A stretch of DNA of 64,000 nucleotides, from positions 34,162,001 to 34,226,000 of the forward strand of contig OZ241832.1 in the NCBI GenBank assembly GCA_965202585.1. The letters run 5' to 3'. The DNA comes from Thalia democratica. Its lineage: Eukaryota. Within the stretch, counting starts at the first letter, position 1. Every line of letters begins with the position of its first letter. Shown here in pieces: positions 1-11,797 of the stretch. The notes under the pieces are model-generated. The model did not search any database. It was not told the DNA's origin and saw nothing but the letters and a program-made list of their open reading frames with translations. The position numbers were made by a program, and so were the translations under genes.

Positions 1-589
1 CAAAGTATTTTTTAAACTTAATATTGCTGTTCATATAAATTAAAAACAAGGTTTGTTTGAGTATTAAAAATAAGCACTAAACTTCTTTTTTTAGAAAAAA
101 TAACTTGTCAAGCTATTACTTTTTTAAAAACGGATATACGATTAATAAAAAAGTTTCTACAACTTAACAAAACTTGTTACCTGAAAAGAAAAATAAAACA
201 GAAAATATAAGATTAATTTTAATAAGAAAAAAGGACTTTTCATTCTAATAATTTTGAAAACTATTTGTTAGTTATTAATGTTGTTAATATTCTTAGTCTA
301 CTATAGGTTTTAAAACTTCAAATTACTTAATATTCAACTTTTATATAATAAACAAATTCTACTTTTAGATAAACAAGTACTTTTATTTGAATGAAACCTA
401 TACAAATAAGTACCTTAACTTACAGGTAAAGTTAAACTCACTTGCAACGTTTTTCTATTGGTATTTTTTATATCTAAGTAAGCAAGAATCACGTCTGAGA
501 CCGATGCGAAAAGTAAACACTTAATAGTATGTGATTTTTTTATACCAAGGTTTGATCATACCAATTCGATGATCAGACAAGAAGCTTTC

Positions 590-630
590 AGTAGACTGAG
601 ACGGGTTTCGTCCATATTAGGACTCATCAT
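590..630 (-). ncRNA. Decayed minimal hammerhead ribozyme motif (Penelope-like element type)
   Basis: Minus strand reads aTGATGAG-TCC-taatat-GGA-C-GAAA-CCCGTC-TCAGTC. This is the CUGAUGA/GAAA core with a 4-bp helix II (GUCC/GGAC) and a short helix III ending in a GUC cleavage triplet. Core C3 and the 5' strand of helix I are replaced by a poly(A) run. A weaker second copy (cgcatcggtctcag) lies near 495-512. Confidence 0.6.
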
Positions 631-3351
631 TTTTTTTTTATCTATTATTTTTCTTTATATTAAGTGGTTTTTTGTAACCTTAACTTTATCTACTTTAAAT
701 TTTATTATTAAACTTAGCAAATAACCATTTTATAGTTAATTAATATATATAGTTTAATGATTAAAGTCTTAATTGTAATATTCCTATTTACTTTTTAGGG
801 TAGCAAACTGGTTGTATGTAAATATTATACTAAGGTTTTTTATTTCATAACGTAAGTATGAACTGTAATTAAAAAGTTATTCCTGTAAAAACAGTAACCA
901 TCAACCTTCTACTTGAAAAACTTTCAGTAAAATCTTTTTATTTCATTTAATTTTGTTTATAAACTCTGTAAAGCTTTACTAAAAACACTATCTTATTATT
1001 CACTTTTTTTGTAAATGATTATTTTCCTGTTAATTTTCATAGTAAATTTTTTGAAAAAAGTTTGCAGTGCATGGAATGGAGGTTCTAAATTCTAGAATTT
1101 TATCTAAATTAAAACCTTTTATTATTATAAAAAAAAAGCTAAATTAAAAAAATTAAGTATTTTTAATAAGTATACTAATTTGTATTTGAGGACAGTACCG
1201 TTTGTATATAGATTCATAGTTGTTACAATGAATGTCTTAAGGTTTACATTTTTTATTTTGAAAATTTAAAATAATTGTAATAATATTATATTTTAAAAAT
1301 ATAAATACAAAAAAAAATACTTAATTTTCAGGCCAATAGTAGTGAAGTAGCTATAAACTAATTATTGAGGACAAAAATAAGTTATCATAAGTTAAAGCTA
1401 TCAAGGTTTGATTAACTAAGTTATATCCATTATTTTACTAGCCTCATTTATTTTTCTTATTGTTTTTACAAATGGGTACAAATTTTGTTCACTTTTTATC
1501 AAATGTTTACTTAGAATTTTTTTTCTGAAGAAGTATTAAAAATAATAATTAATCTGTGCTTTAATTTTTAATAACTTTAATTGATAAACTTTAAAAACAT
1601 CATAAGTGATTCAAACCTATAAAATTTTACTTTTGAGTGTGTCAAAAAAAACTTTCTAGAGTTTTTTCTCGTACTATGTTATAATATGTATGAATGTATA
1701 TAGATAGTAACTGTTTTAAAATCATAACCTACTGAGAATATACTGAATTGATAATTTTTACTCTTAAATTGCCTTAATTAAACATTTAAGACTTTTAAAG
1801 TTTATAGAAAACTTAGCTTTGCTCCTTTGGTTAAAACTAAAACGTGCTTAGCGTCTAACAATTTAGTACACTTCGTTTAACTTTCTAATACTACCATTTA
1901 AAAAAAAACTTTTCTATGATCTTCAGTTATAGAACAACTATAATAAAAAACAAAACATTCTGTGAAAGAAAAAAACGATTTAACGTTGAGACTTTACTTT
2001 ATATTAATGACTTTACGAAGTTTTGTTGATTTAAAAAGTTGCTTGATAAACTTGAATGAGTTTTTTTCAATGATAATCTTTTGATCTTTCAAGCATGTAC
2101 TTAAATAACTATTTTTATACCTTTATTTCAGTTATTTTACAAACCGCACCTTCTACATATGATAAAAAACTTAAGAAACATTATTGCCATAAATAGTTCT
2201 GTTATATAAAAAAACAATTTAAATTTCAGTACTTTAGTTACTTTCAAAATCCTTAAAATAAAAGCATAATTATTTTGTAAAGTATAGTGTTTAATTTAAT
2301 AATTAAGAACCTTTATTCAACTGATATACGCTGTTTGTTATTTTTATTGGTAAAACAAAAAACTATCTATAAGAGTTTATTGTTTAAACACTTACAACAC
2401 ATTTGTTGTATTAATTTTACTTGTCCGCAAAAAGCTTTCTTTTAATTATAAACACCTCAAAACTATAAATTTTTATGTTTTTATAAAAACATAGGCTTTT
2501 AAAGAAAATATAAACTTCAAACTTCACGAATAATAAAGCTTAGTACTTTTTTAAGATAGAAAATTTTATTACTATTTATGTTTGACTCGTTAAAAAAAGC
2601 TTTCTGGAAAAATAGTTAAAATTTGAAATAAGATCAGAATGGTTTTTACATGTGAAACTAAAGTGTTATAAATTTTTAAATAACTTTTTACAAATAACAT
2701 AATTTTTAAGCAGTTATAAATTAGTTATTAACTATCAGTTTTTTAAAGTACTCTTAAATTAAGAATAAAAAACTAAAGTCTGACATAACTTTTTGTATTC
2801 GATAGTTTATAAAACTTTTTATTTAGTATTTAAAATAAATATAATATACGCTTACAGTAAACGTTTTTTTATTATTTATTAGCAACTATTTTCAAAGTTT
2901 TCAAAAAATTTTTTACGAATAATACTAACACCAAAAATAAAAAAGACAAGACTTATTTTTCTTATAACACTTGTTATTATTGCTTTCATTGTTTTTTAGC
3001 AATTGTACTGTAAAACTTGAAAATCAAGATACCACACTTTTAGGTTTGTCATGGATGTACTAAAATTTAAATAACTTTCAAATCATTTTTACAAAAAATG
3101 CGATTATTTACCAACGATATAGTTTCGTAGCAAAAACTTTGTAGTATTTTTTTAAAAAGTTTTTTGATACTCAGTTGTAAAACTAAATAAAAAAAAAATT
3201 AAAAGTTACGCGAAACCAACAAATTTAAGTTAATTCTAGCAATTAGTATTATTTCTAAATCTTAAAGAACAGTAAAACTAACTTTTTACAAAATAAAAAA
3301 ATAATATAAACGACAAAATCAAACAAAAAAAATCGGTTAAACTTTTTCCCC

Positions 3352-3840
3352 TTAGTCCACGATTTCGAACGGGTACTGAACGCAGAAGACCTGGCGAGCG
3401 ACGTAGTTCCTGTTCCTGCCCGCCAAACTGATCAGCTTCACTTCGCCGACCGCGTCCTTCAAAGTCGGCGAGTCTTCGTCCACGTGAAACGCCTTTTTGT
3501 ACAAGTACCTTCCCGCCGCCTTGATCGGACACTCGATTCCTCCACTCGCGCAAGCGTCCAAGTACCCGGGTCCCTCCATCGGTCCGAGCTTGACCGTTTC
3601 CGTCCCGTCCACTCGCACTATGGTGTAGAACAGCATCCGGAGGCCTTCCGCGCCGTGGCTGCTGTAGAAGTCGATCTCGACGGTCATGTTGGCGCCCTTC
3701 TTGAAGACACAAGGTGGCGTCCTGCAGTCGCCTGCCTTCACCGACATGACGTAGTTGTCGTTCGGGGCGCCGCACTTTGTGAACCTGGTGTAAGCTTGGC
3801 AGGCGCAAACTGTTGCAAGCAAAACAAAAAAATTTAACAT
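3352..3840 (-). CDS. NPC2: NPC2-like / MD-2-related lipid-recognition (ML) domain secreted protein, 162 aa, intronless
   Basis: Signal peptide MLNFFVLLATVCACQA, six mature Cys in ML spacing (C..DCRTPPCVFKKG..C..IECPI..FC), N-glycosylation sequon NMT, GC-rich third positions, ATG to TAA. Confidence 0.85.
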   Translation of the reverse strand: MLNFFVLLATVCACQAYTRFTKCGAPNDNYVMSVKAGDCRTPPCVFKKGANMTVEIDFYSSHGAEGLRMLFYTIVRVDGTETVKLGPMEGPGYLDACASGGIECPIKAAGRYLYKKAFHVDEDSPTLKDAVGEVKLISLAGRNRNYVARQVFCVQYPFEIVD

Positions 3841-3898
3841 GCCTCTCGGTTTTGAAGAAACTTTGAGGAAATAAGTTTGAGTTTGCTCTGCTTGCCTG

Positions 3899-3905
3899 TT
3901 TTATA
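3899..3905 (-). promoter_or_regulatory. TATA box upstream of the NPC2-like gene
   Basis: TATAAAA on the minus strand 59 bp upstream of the ATG at 3840. Confidence 0.55.
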
Positions 3906-3989
3906 GCTTTTTACAAGACAACGTGCTCAGATTTGAGGTGTGGAAGTTTTTTCGTTTTTTTTTTCTTGCCGCAATCTTTTTTTTGCAAA

Positions 3990-5067
3990 CACGTGATTAA
4001 GGAATTATTTTTTTCAGTTTCCATTCAAGTGTTTGTTATGAACACAGCAGTAATCGGTGATTTTTTATCCTTGAGCTTAGCACGCCTTTGTATGGAAAGC
4101 CGTATAACAGGCGTTAATTTGTTTATAGGTTATCGGTTGTTTTTATATGAAAATATGCTTTGTTTAAAAATATAAAACAGAAGTCTTTTATAATTAATTT
4201 CATCTCAGTTTTTACGATTTTCGAAAGGTTTAAAAGCATCAACCTCTAATACTTAGTTTTTTGTATATAGCTTTACAATTACAAAACAAAAAAGATTATC
4301 TTTTTTATTAATGATAACATTTTGTAATCTTTATTGTTGTTTTTTACTGATTGTTGTTTACTAAAAAGATTAAATGTTTTAAAAATTTTACAACTATCAA
4401 CGAAAAATGGCACAAGTTTACTTTTTAATTTGTTCATAAATTTATCTATTGCTTGTTTTAAGTTAATTGAAAAAATATAAAGATAAAACAAATACTTATG
4501 GCCGTGTGTACGCCTTTTTGAACCTACCTTTAAGCATTTTTTGTAGGTTTAAATACTTTTGGTCTGTTAATGAAAAACAAAAGAAAATGACAAAATTTTA
4601 CATAATCTTGTCGAAATATTCATGCTAAACGTGATTAAGGTTTTAAAGTTCAAAGTTTTAAGACCTCAAGATTGTTATTTATGGTAAACTATAGTCCAAT
4701 AAAAAAGCGGATATCAACAATAGCATTAATCTATAACATTAAAGCAAAAACTTTAATTTAAAACGCTTTAATTTAAAATCTAAACTTAAAAAAAATCTAA
4801 ACTTTAAAATCTAAGTTGATTAAGCATTCGATATTTATTTTAAACATTATTTACGAAATACGTAAAATCAAACAAACATCACTGTTATATAAATTTAAAA
4901 GTTTAAAAACACTTTAAAAGCAAAAGATCGTCTTTTATAAATAGCATATTCTGAACTAAAATTTTGCTAGTATGTCATTTTTTTTTCATTTAAACTTATA
5001 GTTTTATGTTTAGTCTTTAAAGCTTAAAGTAACTTTGGTATTAGCGTCTTTTAAACTTAATCACGTT
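3990..5067. promoter_or_regulatory. Cluster of three ACGTGATTAAG motifs upstream of the NPC2-like gene
   Basis: Exact 11-mer at 3991-4001 (+, preceded by C giving CACGTG), 4629-4639 (+) and 5056-5066 (-). Not noticed elsewhere in the window. Confidence 0.45.
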
Positions 5068-5699
5068 CATGAAAAACTTAAGTTTATATTTCACTATATT
5101 AAGTAACTAATAATTTAGGTTCAATGTACATCAAACATACCACTTCTTAATTGTAATGTAAGCAGTATTACTTTTTTTTCTTCAAACTTGTCTAAACTAC
5201 TACTTTTTTTAACCTTTAAGCTTAATTCAGTTACTAAATCTTGAAAACTTTGATGTAAAATCGACAAAAGTAATAAATATTTTGATGACTTTACAGTTTA
5301 TTTCAATAAGATTGAATGATATAAATTTCAAATTAACTTAAAGAATTACATACCGTAGCTAATGAACGCTTAATGAGAAGCAGTTATGAAAAAAAACTCA
5401 ATTATTATTTTTTCCTAGTAAACTACGTAAGTTAAAATAAAATCCTAAAAAATAATACGACAATAGTGAACATCAAAACTTTTAGAAGTTTCAAATCTAG
5501 CTACAAACTAAATTTTCAAGTCATACAATTTTCATATGATAACTTAATACATTGATTGACAAGTTACAAGTATTATTGGTGTATTCATAACAAACACGCG
5601 TGAGATTATTGTAACGCATTTCAAATAATTCTACATCACGTTTGTTGCTGTGATTTGTTTGAAACACGACTTGAAAATTACTTATTACATATTTCAAAT

Positions 5700-5835
5700 A
5701 AATAACTATATATTTTACTGAACGACAAAAAAAGCGCCAAAACAATTGGTCCGAGGACCTAGTTCACGAAAAAATGTTTCGGTTATCGAGTTGTGCATCG
5801 CTCGGATACCTTTTAACGTCTTGTTCAGGACATTC
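5700..5835 (-). repeat. Copy of the dispersed ~130-bp structured repeat family (probable old MITE)
   Basis: Reverse complement matches consensus TGTCCTGRAC..GACGTTAAA..GACTCGATAACCGAAAGG..CGTRCACCAGGTCCTNGGACCAAA..TTTTGTCGTTCAGTAAA. Confidence 0.8.
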
Positions 5836-6374
5836 TGTTGATTAATTCCGACAATTAATTCAGATGATTGTATAATTTGTATTTAACTTTATATTAACGT
5901 TTTAATTACTCGTTTTATCTACTATACAAGTGTAGTACAACTTTTAGTGCGTATTAAAATATTTCTAGCGTTATATAATTGTTACAAATATTAAACACAC
6001 TTTTGAGTTGTGAGATATTTTAAAATTAATTATAAAATATCTTTTAAATCAAGTTTCAAAATTGATAAAGGGTTTTAAATGTTTTCATAAATATTAATAC
6101 CATTCGGCATCTAAAAGTTTGTTGTTTTTTTCAAAAAGAAATCTGTATATAAAAATGCTGCAATGTTTACCAGTAAAACTTTTTTTTTTTAATTTTAAGC
6201 ATTTATGTATAGTATTATAATAAGAAAACATAATTCTTTATAAATTAAATTTTCGGAAACACGTTACACACTTTTATTTTTAGTCCACCGCTTGTTTGAG
6301 ATACATAAGACTAATCTAAGATATCATGCTAATTAAACATTCAAAAAGTTATTTATAACTAGTTAAAATTAAGT

Positions 6375-6455
6375 TTCAACCGAAAGGTTTTTTCGTGCAC
6401 CAGGTCCTAGGACCAAATACTTAGAGCACTGTTTTTGTCCTTCAATAAATAATAT
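6375..6455 (+). repeat. 3'-half copy of the ~130-bp repeat family
   Basis: aaccgaaaggttttttcgtgcaccaggtcctaggaccaaa...ttgtccttcaataaat matches the consensus. Confidence 0.75.
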
Positions 6456-7294
6456 CATTTAATTTTATATTATTACATATTGACCATAACCAATAGTGAT
6501 GTTGGTTTGTAGTTTTTTTATAATCTTTGCTGTTTAATTCGACTTATTAAACTTTTTAAAAATTAACAAGGTCAATATAAAACTAGTCTTTAAAGTTTTA
6601 AGTTAAATGTATTTATAATTGTAGTTGTCTTTTATCTTATATAATAGTTTATATTTCTGAAAAAAAAAGTTGATGGTTAACAAGTAATATATTTTATTGT
6701 ACACGTACAAAAGATATAAAAAGAATTAGCATAGGTAATCATATTAAAAGATAGGTTTTCCTTTTTTTTGCAACATCAGCTTTAGTTTTAATTTTTACTT
6801 TTGTGAAACTGATAATTAAGGAAATTTATGTTGTATACTTTATGTATGTATATTTCTTATAGGTATAAAATAGCAAATTTCTAGCTATAACACTTTTAGT
6901 AGGTATGTACAATTCAAATTAAATTTAAGATTCACAAACAAATATGAATCGATTTAAAAAAATTTTAGTAATAAACAGTCTTGTTATAATTCAAATACAA
7001 ATAGTATCACCAGTATTTTTGTATGTTTTTCTTCTTATAAAATTCCTACAAATTTATTTTCAAAACTACTTTTTAATATTTAGGCCAATATTTTGTTTAT
7101 TGAAAGTAAACAAAATAAAGTCTATTGACACAATTCTGTTTATTAAAACAATTTAAAATGTATATGTGAAAAATTATTTTGTTTACGCCGTTGAATTTTT
7201 TTTTACACACATGTTTAACAAAAACAACAACTTGAGCCTTTAAATATCTCTATGTTTTTGCGAGTTTACCACAAAATAAAAAACAATTATATCA

Positions 7295-9702
7295 ATGAAC
7301 TCTAAATTGAAAATATTCTTAATGGACAAGAGAAACAAAATTATCATAACAGCTTTGTTTGTTATGTTCTGTTTTACTGTGACGTTTTTCGTTTTGTTCT
7401 TAACGAAGAACACAGCACCAGGTATACTTAATAAATTTTATAAAGTACTTGTTTTAATAAAAAAAACTTTATTAGTTATATATTTAGCAATAGGTAAGTT
7501 TTAAAAAATTTAAAGTAAGAATGCAGAGCGAAATATATTTAAGTTTTTAGTTTAAACCTTCTTACTAATATAGTAAATATAAATTAATTAAATTTCTCGG
7601 CTACAAATGAGTTTGTTAGTTTATTTTTAAGAGTTAATCTAAAATCATTTTATTAAATAGAACAATAGCAAATAAAAAAGAAATGAATTAAAAGTCTTAT
7701 TAAGCTTATCAAAATAATAAAGTAAGTTTTTAAAATTGCACTTTTATACCATACGACTAAAGTTTCTAAATGTACAAAAGTTTGGGTTAAATATGTTATT
7801 TATAACTTTATTAACAACAACTAAAGTAAAAAATGTTATAGTTAATGATTTTTATTAAATAGTTATTAGTTAATGGTTTAACTAACTTAGTTCGTTTAAA
7901 AAATTAAAAAACAGTTGAAAAAAAAAAGATTAACTATAGTTGTGAACTACTACATAGATAAATATTTCAATAAAGTACCCAACACATAAGAATAAGAGAG
8001 CAATAATACAACAAGATTTTTAACGTTTTTAGTTTAATTAAAAATTTTTTGCTGTAATGACAGCTATTCAGGGTTTAAGCAAATAAGAAAACATTAAATA
8101 ATAATAAGTAGTTTTTTTTTTAATTTATACCCTGATAAACTAGGAATACAACGAAACATTGTAGATTGAATAAAAAACACTAGTTCAAATTATTTTTGTA
8201 TAATTGAATAAGTATTTTACAAACAAATAACTATAAAAATTGCGTTTAAACGTAACTTTTTGTTTTTGTAAGCTCATCATAGTTTCTTAACTTGAAAACA
8301 TTTACAAAGCTAAAGAAGAAAACTACAAATTCAAAATCACTCCAAAACCAGGTAATTTTGATCAAGCCAGAGCACAATGTGCTAGAATGAATGGGGACCT
8401 TATTACTGTTAATTTGCTACCGAGTGGACAAAAGTACTTTGAGTTAGTTTTCCAACGTCGTTTTTTTTTTCATGAACAACCATTTATTTAATGGTAAAAC
8501 AATGTTTATAAAACTGAGAAAAGTGTTTACTAATAATGTGTTTCAATTATAGTCAAGAATTGTTTTAAGTTTAAAGCTAACCACTCCTAACAGATCTAAA
8601 TCGTTTTGGCATAAACGAATAAGTTGTAACTTGTAGGTATATTTTATCATTAACTTGTGTTCACATTAGTATTTTTATTTTACCTTGAACTTTAACAATC
8701 GAAATAAAACATTAAAACCTTAACGTCTTACTTATCACCTTTTTACAATTTAAATATTATTTGAACAGCTTTTTTCCGGTGCATAACTTATTTTAAAAAT
8801 ATAACAGAATAAATTTCATTTTTCTTAAATTTATTTTAGTATTTTCGTAGTAAGGCTCATCAGAAATTGATTCTTACTAAGTTAGAATGAATACAAATTG
8901 AAATAAAATCATACTGTAGTTTAAAGTTTTAAAATACAAAATGACGTAATAATCGAATTCTTATGCTATATACATTTGGTATACTAATAAAACTCGTTAG
9001 ATCTGAAACAATCTAAAACAAACATGCGATAAAAATTAAAATTAAAACTATACTTTAAAATAAAATTTAACAAGAAACTAATTACTTTAAAATTACTTAA
9101 TATAAGGATTTAAAAAGTCTAGTTTGGTATACGAACTTTTTCTGCTTACATAAACTGGGCCTTAAAAATTGAATACATAAGACTCCCAGAATATGCAGTA
9201 GAAAAGAGTTCTCCGCTCTCACTAAGACTGAAAAATTCTCCTTTTTATAATTTTAGCACACTCAGCATTGTCCAACAAATATTGCCCAATCGCTGAGAAG
9301 TATTTCTCCAAACGGCTTGTTTGATGGCTAATATTTAGATAACAATAAACATAACTTTAACACAACAATTTTTGTTACTTTACAATGTTACGTCACAGAG
9401 ATATTCAAAGCACCGTGAGAACCCATGATAACAATCTCTGGGTTGGACTGACAGACCGCGGAAGTGAAGGTATTTGGAGGTTTATAACCGACCAGTCCTA
9501 CTACAACCCTGTATACGAGGACGGTACAAGGAAAGAAGGTTACTTGTACAAATTTGCAGAAGGCCAGCCTGACAACAAGAAAGAAAACGAGCACTGCGCA
9601 TCGGTGCGATACGCCACAAACGACTTGGACGACCAGTACTGCTCGACGCAACTCAATGGATTGTGCGAGATAAAAACAAGCAAGGATACTGTTCATGAGT
9701 AA
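7295..9702 (+). CDS. Type II transmembrane C-type lectin, copy 1 (~187 aa, 3 exons)
   Basis: Exons 7295-7421, 8310-8442, 9399-9702 join in frame across GT-AG introns (phases 1 and 2). N-terminal TM segment, then CTLD motifs (C..MNGDL, LWVGLTD..EG.W, QPD, C...LDD..C...LCE). Confidence 0.9.
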
Positions 9703-10020
9703 AATTACATATTTTTTAAAGGAGTGTCAGGACAGGAAAATTCTTGTTTTATGTTTTTTCGACTTTAAATTATTGTTTTGGACTTTAGTAAGACATAATT
9801 TTTTTCTATTCAACATTCGTCAATAAACTATGATTACTATGTATATTTTTTGTATTTATATTGTTTAAAAGAATATATCAAAGTGTCAAAAAATGTTTAA
9901 CTTTCTAAACTATGATTAACACCTTGAAGCCAATTTTACAAATTTACTTGAAACCGAAGTAGTTGAAAAAACATATAGATGACAATAAAGAAATATAAAA
10001 CAAGTTGATAGTAGTTTATT

Positions 10021-10100
10021 TAACCGAGCGGTTCCTTCGTACACCAGGTCTTTGGATCAAATATTTTGAGCACTTTTGTTTTTCGTTCAATAAACAGTAT
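10021..10100 (+). repeat. 3'-half copy of the ~130-bp repeat family
   Basis: taaccgagcggttccttcgtacaccaggtctttggatcaaa...ttcgttcaataaac matches the consensus. Confidence 0.7.
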
Positions 10101-11797
10101 TCAAAAGTATAAACTTGTTCGTATCACATTTTAGAATTTAGCACTTAGTTATAACTTTTTGAATTATTATAATTTACCTTTAGATCTTTAGATCTGTTAA
10201 AAATTGTTCACATAACCATACTTTCTTTTTTATTTTACGAAACTTCTTTATTAAAGTTGTTATGTAAATATTGTTATCTCAAAACTAAGTAAGCAAAATA
10301 AACAACTCAAACATTTACGTATTGTTTGAAGTATTAGTTTTAAATATAGCATTTTATTTTTCATCAGTTAGCAAAATTTTTTCGATTAGTTATCGGCCTA
10401 AACCTTAAAAAAAATAAAAGTTGTTTTGCTTTTTCTCCACTCAAAAATATATGAAGTTTTACGGGCCGACCTAAGATGTTCTAAACGGTAGCAATGTCAT
10501 TTATAACTTGAAACCTTTACACATTTTTTACTTTTATGTTATAGCAGACACCTTTTGTATTAGTTACAATCGGTTTGTCAAAACTGTATATAAATTCTTC
10601 GTCTTAAACGTATTCTAAACAGATAATTACAATATATCGTAAACATAAAGTGAAACAAATGCTATATTTTCGAAAGATAATCATCGATAATTGATGAATT
10701 TATTTGAAAATTAAAGGCAGAATTATACACAAAAAGTACAAAAATATTAATTTTTATTTTGTTAGTTTTTTAATTTATGAATGAAGAAAACAAAGAAAAG
10801 TCACCAATCAGAAGAAAAAAAACAGAAAATAGTATATAGCTTTAACTAGTTGGCTGGTTTAGTAAAAAAAAATTTGGTTTACTATTTTTAGTGTTTATAT
10901 TTAATGATTTCATGGTCTTCAGAAATAAAGTTTCAATTTTATGTCGATAAGAAGTATACATCTTTTTATAATTCAACTAGTTTTTCTCTTATAAACTAGA
11001 AACAGTTTTTGATTTCTAATTGTATTAGCTAGCATTAAAATTTTTTGTAAAAAATGTAATTTTTTTAAGCATACTTTAATTATGTTTTAAGTATGAGCTC
11101 ATTGTTTTGAATATATTGTTCTGAAGCTATATTTAAGCTCAATTCTTGTACATATTAATTGTTACATTTTTAGTTTTTTCTCTTGCTTATTCTTATATCC
11201 GACAAAAGTAATGATAACTCATTATTTTACTGTTTTTCTTAATATTCAGAGAAAAATCTACTGTAATAGTTAGCATAAAAAACAATGTTATACGATGAAT
11301 TTTGTTTGCTTTTTTATTGTAAGCTTCCAATTTTATTTTTGTTAAATTAAAACCTAGATAGGATTTTTTTGAATAGGCGTTTATAAACTCATACTTAGAA
11401 TACTTTTAGCTGCAATAATTTTAGCAAGTATGTATATCTCAAAACATATTCAAGATTCACACATACATATAATTCATTTTTGAAAACAATTTTGATAAAA
11501 AAACTAACACACCAATCTGATTTTAAATATAATCCTTTATTGAACATACTTATAATTAAAATTTACTGTTTAGCTTTTTATCAGTTTAACATAAAATTTT
11601 TATTTAAGATAAACAAAATGCAGTCTATTAACAGACTTGTGTTTATAAAAGTAATTTAAAATATATGAGTGAAAATTAATTTACAGTTAAATTTATTCAC
11701 ACTCATGTTTAACCGAAACAATATGTAAAATCTGTATATAGCTGAATGTTTTTGCCAAATTACCACACAAGAAAATTTACTTTTTTTAATAAACTGT

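Noticed and set aside
3278-3837. ORFs 3278-3808(-) and 3484-3837(+)
   Set aside because: Alternate-frame and antisense shadows of the GC-rich NPC2-like CDS.
7422-7504. 3' part of ORF 7295-7504
   Set aside because: Read-through into intron 1. The paralog confirms a donor right after the ..AP-G codon.
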